A stretch of DNA of 64,000 nucleotides from Squalus acanthias (Eukaryota). The notes beneath the pieces were generated by a model, which was not told where the DNA came from, searched no databases, and saw only the letters and a list, made by a program, of their open reading frames with translations. Shown in pieces: positions 60,985 through 64,000 of the stretch (within the stretch, counting starts at the first letter, position 1; each line of letters begins with the position of its first letter). The stretch lies in the NCBI GenBank assembly GCA_030390025.1, contig CM059432.1, positions 20,400,001 through 20,464,000 on the forward strand, given 5' to 3'. Both the position numbers and the translations under genes were made by a program.

Positions 60985-63365
60985 GATCATAGAACAGTAC
61001 AACATAGGAGGAGGCCATTCGGTCCATCGAGTCTGTGCCGGCTCTTTTGCAGAGCAAGCCAGTTCGCCCTACTCCCCCGCTCTTTCCCCATTTCCCTGCA
61101 ATTATTTCTCCTTCAAATATTTATCCCATTCTATTTTGAAAGTTACTATTGAATCTGTTTCCACCTCCCTATCAGGCAGCGCAATCCAAATCCTAACCAC
61201 TCGTTGCGTAAAAAGGTTCTTCCACACATCGCCTCTGGTTCTTCTGCCATTGGAAACAGTTTCTCTTTATTTACACCATCTAAGCCCTTCAAAATTTTAA
61301 ACACCTCTATCAAATCTTCTCTTAGCCTTCTCTGTTCTGAGGAGAACAACCCTAGCTTCCCCAGTCTATCCACATAACTATATTCCCTCATCCCTGGAAC
61401 CATTCTAGTAAATCTCTTCTGTACCCTCTCAAAAGTCTTGAGGGGGGGGGGGAAATTCGGTTGCTTTGCACCTCCTGTTAGCGCCCTCTTGGGGCCGCTA
61501 ATGGGGCACAAAGCAACTCGCGCCCCTCGCGAAATTGACCAGACATTTTGCGGCGGCGCTAAACACTACGACCACAATCTCCTGCGCCCGCAGATCGTAA
61601 CGTCAGTTGAGCATGCAACGCCCCTGACCGGATATTGAGTAGCGCCCCCTGCCTTACCGCCTGTCGCTAGCAACAACAGGTTGAGGGGAGCGTTTTGCAG
61701 TCGGAAGGGACTGGGGGAGCGCTATTTAAAGGCGACCGCTTCCTGCCTTTTTTTGTCGGCGACATTTTTGCACCACGCATTCTGAGAGAGACACTTCTGG
61801 AGGGATTCAACGCTGTGTGAAGGAGTTTTGGGTACTGAGCAGCACTTTGCAGGTTCATTTTGATTTGACCTTCCTTGCATCAATTTAGAAGAGATTATGG
61901 GGGCTGCACTCCAAGCTCTTTCCCTAGGCCTCTCCATTGTTCTTTCCAGCAGATTTGATGTACAGGTCTCTCCAGGCCAAGATTCAAGGCTGCAATGAGC
62001 AGGGTGTGGATGGAGAGCAAGATCGACCCACCCCTTTAAGAACTGGCCGGCGCCAGTGTGTGTGTTCCATTGCTGACTGACAACACATGAGCTTCGCCAG
62101 CGCTCTGAGTTAGCACCTCGCTCCTCGGCGTTAGCGCCTTAAAAGAGGTGTGTAGCGCCTGATTTAGCACTCCAATCACCTCCAGGGGCGATAGAAGCCA
62201 AGTTTGCAGTCGGAGACGATAATTAGCGCCAGGCGCTAAACTTTGCGCCCGGCCGATAATTGCGCCCCAAACGGGACGATACCGAATTTCTCCCCCTTCA
62301 TGTCCTTCCTAAAGTGTTGTGCCCTGAATTGGACACAATACTCCATCTGGGGCCGAACTTGTGTTTTATTTAGGTTTAGCATAACTTCCTGGCTTTTGTA
62401 CTCTATGCCTCTATTTATAAAGCCCAGGATCCCATATACTTTATTAACTGCTTAGTTAACCTGTCCTGCCACCTTCAAAGATTTGTGCACAAACACCCCC
62501 AGGTCTCTCTGTTCATGCACCCCCTTTAAAATTGTACCATTTAGTATGTATTGTCTCTCCTCATTCTTCCTGCCAAAATCTATCACCTCACACTTTTCTG
62601 CATTGAATTTCATCTGCCATGTGTCCACCAGCCTGTCTATGTTCTTTTGAAGTCTTTTATTATCTTCCTCACTGTTGACTACACTTCCAAGTTTTGTGTC
62701 ATCTGCAAATTTCAACATTGTGCCCTGTACCCCACAAGTCCCAGTCATTAATGTATATCAAAAAACAGCAGTGGTACTGAACCCTGGGAACACCACTGTA
62801 TACCCACCTCCAGTCCGAAAAACAGCCTTTCATCACAACTCTGTTTTCTATCCCATAGTCAATTTTGTATCCATGCTGCTACTGCCCCTTTTACCCCATG
62901 GGCTTCAATTTTGCTAACAAGCCTATTATGTGGTACTTTATCAGATGCCTTTTTGAAAGTCTATGTACACAACCTCATCCACCCTCTCTGTTACCTCATC
63001 AAAAAACTCAATCAAGTTAGTCAAACACGATGTGCTCTTAACAAATCCGTGCTGGCTCTCCTTTATTAGTCCATGCTTGTCCAAGTGGCTATTAATTTTC
63101 TCCCAGATTATTGTTTCTAAAAGCTTCCCCACCACCAATGTTAAACATACTGGCCTGTAACTGTCAGGTTTATCCTTCTCCCCTTTTTTGAACAAGGGTG
63201 TAACATTTGCAATCCTCCAGTCCTCTGGCACTACCCCTGTATATCAGGAGGATTGGAAGATTGTGGCCAGCAATTCCGCAATTTCTACCCTTACTTCCCT
63301 CGGCAACCTAGGATGTATACTCATCTGGACCAGGTGACTTGTCCACTTTAAGTACTGCCAGCCTT
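60985..63365 (-). mobile_element. CR1 LINE (RT to 3' end), split by a Harbinger MITE
   Basis: PEDWRIANVTPLFKKG...YRPVCLT...SQHGFVKSTSCLTNLIEFF, KFADDTKLG, WQMKFNAEKCEVI, RLREDLIEVFKI. Confidence 0.92.
61442..62296. mobile_element. PIF/Harbinger-like non-autonomous element
   Basis: TIRs ggggggaaattcggt / accgaatttctccccc; subterminal tagcgcc repeats; the CR1 resumes on both sides. Confidence 0.75.
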
Positions 63366-64000
63366 TTTTATATAGTCCTTTAACATAGAAACACATTCCA
63401 AGGCACATCACAGAAGCTTATTCAGGTTAAACTCGATGCCGAGTCAAAGATGGAGATATTCGGAGGGGTGACGAAAAGCTTGGTCAAAGAGGTGGGTATT
63501 AAGGAGGGTCTTAAAGGAAGTGAGGGAGGTAGAGATGCAGAGATGTTTAGGGAGGGAAATCCAGAGCTTAGGGCCTGGAGGCTGAAGGTGCAGTTGCCGA
63601 TGATGGGGGCAAAGCAATTTCAGGGTGCACAAGAGCCCAGAGTGGAGGATGACGAGTTTGTGGTGGTTTGACAGCTGTAGAGACGCCATTAAGAGATTGA
63701 ATTTGAGGTGCTGGGGGACTCGGAGCCAATGCAAGGTGAGCGAACACAGGGGTGGTGGGTAAGTGGGACTTCTTGCAGGATAGGATGCAAGCAGCAGATG
63801 AGGGTGGAGTATGGAGGCCAGCCAGGAGAGCATTGGAATATTCGAGTCTTGTGTCAAAGCCATGGATGAGAGTATCAGCAGCAGATGGGCTGAGGCAGTG
63901 TTGGGTGATGTTACGGAGGTGGAGAGCATATGGGGTCTGACGTTCAGCTCAGGGTCAATAAGTCGCTAAAATTGCTAAGAGTCTGGTTCAACCACAGCCA
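63365..64000 (-). mobile_element. L2 LINE 3' part (runs off the window)
   Basis: LHWLRVPQHLKF...PKLWISLPKHL...FKTLLNTHLFDQAF. Confidence 0.85.

Overview
This is eukaryotic, repeat-dominated DNA, very likely from a cartilaginous fish (shark). The organism call is an inference from many DeuSINE copies resembling dogfish SacSINE1, plus CR1, L2 and Neptune-type Penelope repeats. I see no recognisable host protein-coding exon, rRNA, true tRNA or CRISPR array. The window looks like a large intron or intergenic region and is roughly half mobile-element DNA. Retroelements include two Penelope-like (PLE) families with RT, GIY-YIG endonuclease and minimal hammerhead ribozymes; CR1, Zenon-like CR1, L2, RTE and Vingi-like LINE fragments; three SINE families; and two probable solo LTRs. 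DNA transposons include PIF/Harbinger derivatives and a Tigger-like MITE. The most interesting structures are: (1) a very young PLE with a perfect 83-bp inverted terminal copy, a hammerhead and an 18-bp palindrome at the junction; (2) the same asymmetric inverted-tail layout in a second PLE family; (3) a four-layer nest inside an old ~220-bp-arm inverted repeat; (4) a SINE flanked by a ~100-bp duplication; (5) a 34-bp inverted templated insertion; and (6) in-frame candidate micro-exons (21, 15 and 54 nt) on the minus strand that may belong to an unidentified host gene. Family names come from recognised motifs, not database searches. Boundaries of degraded repeats are approximate.
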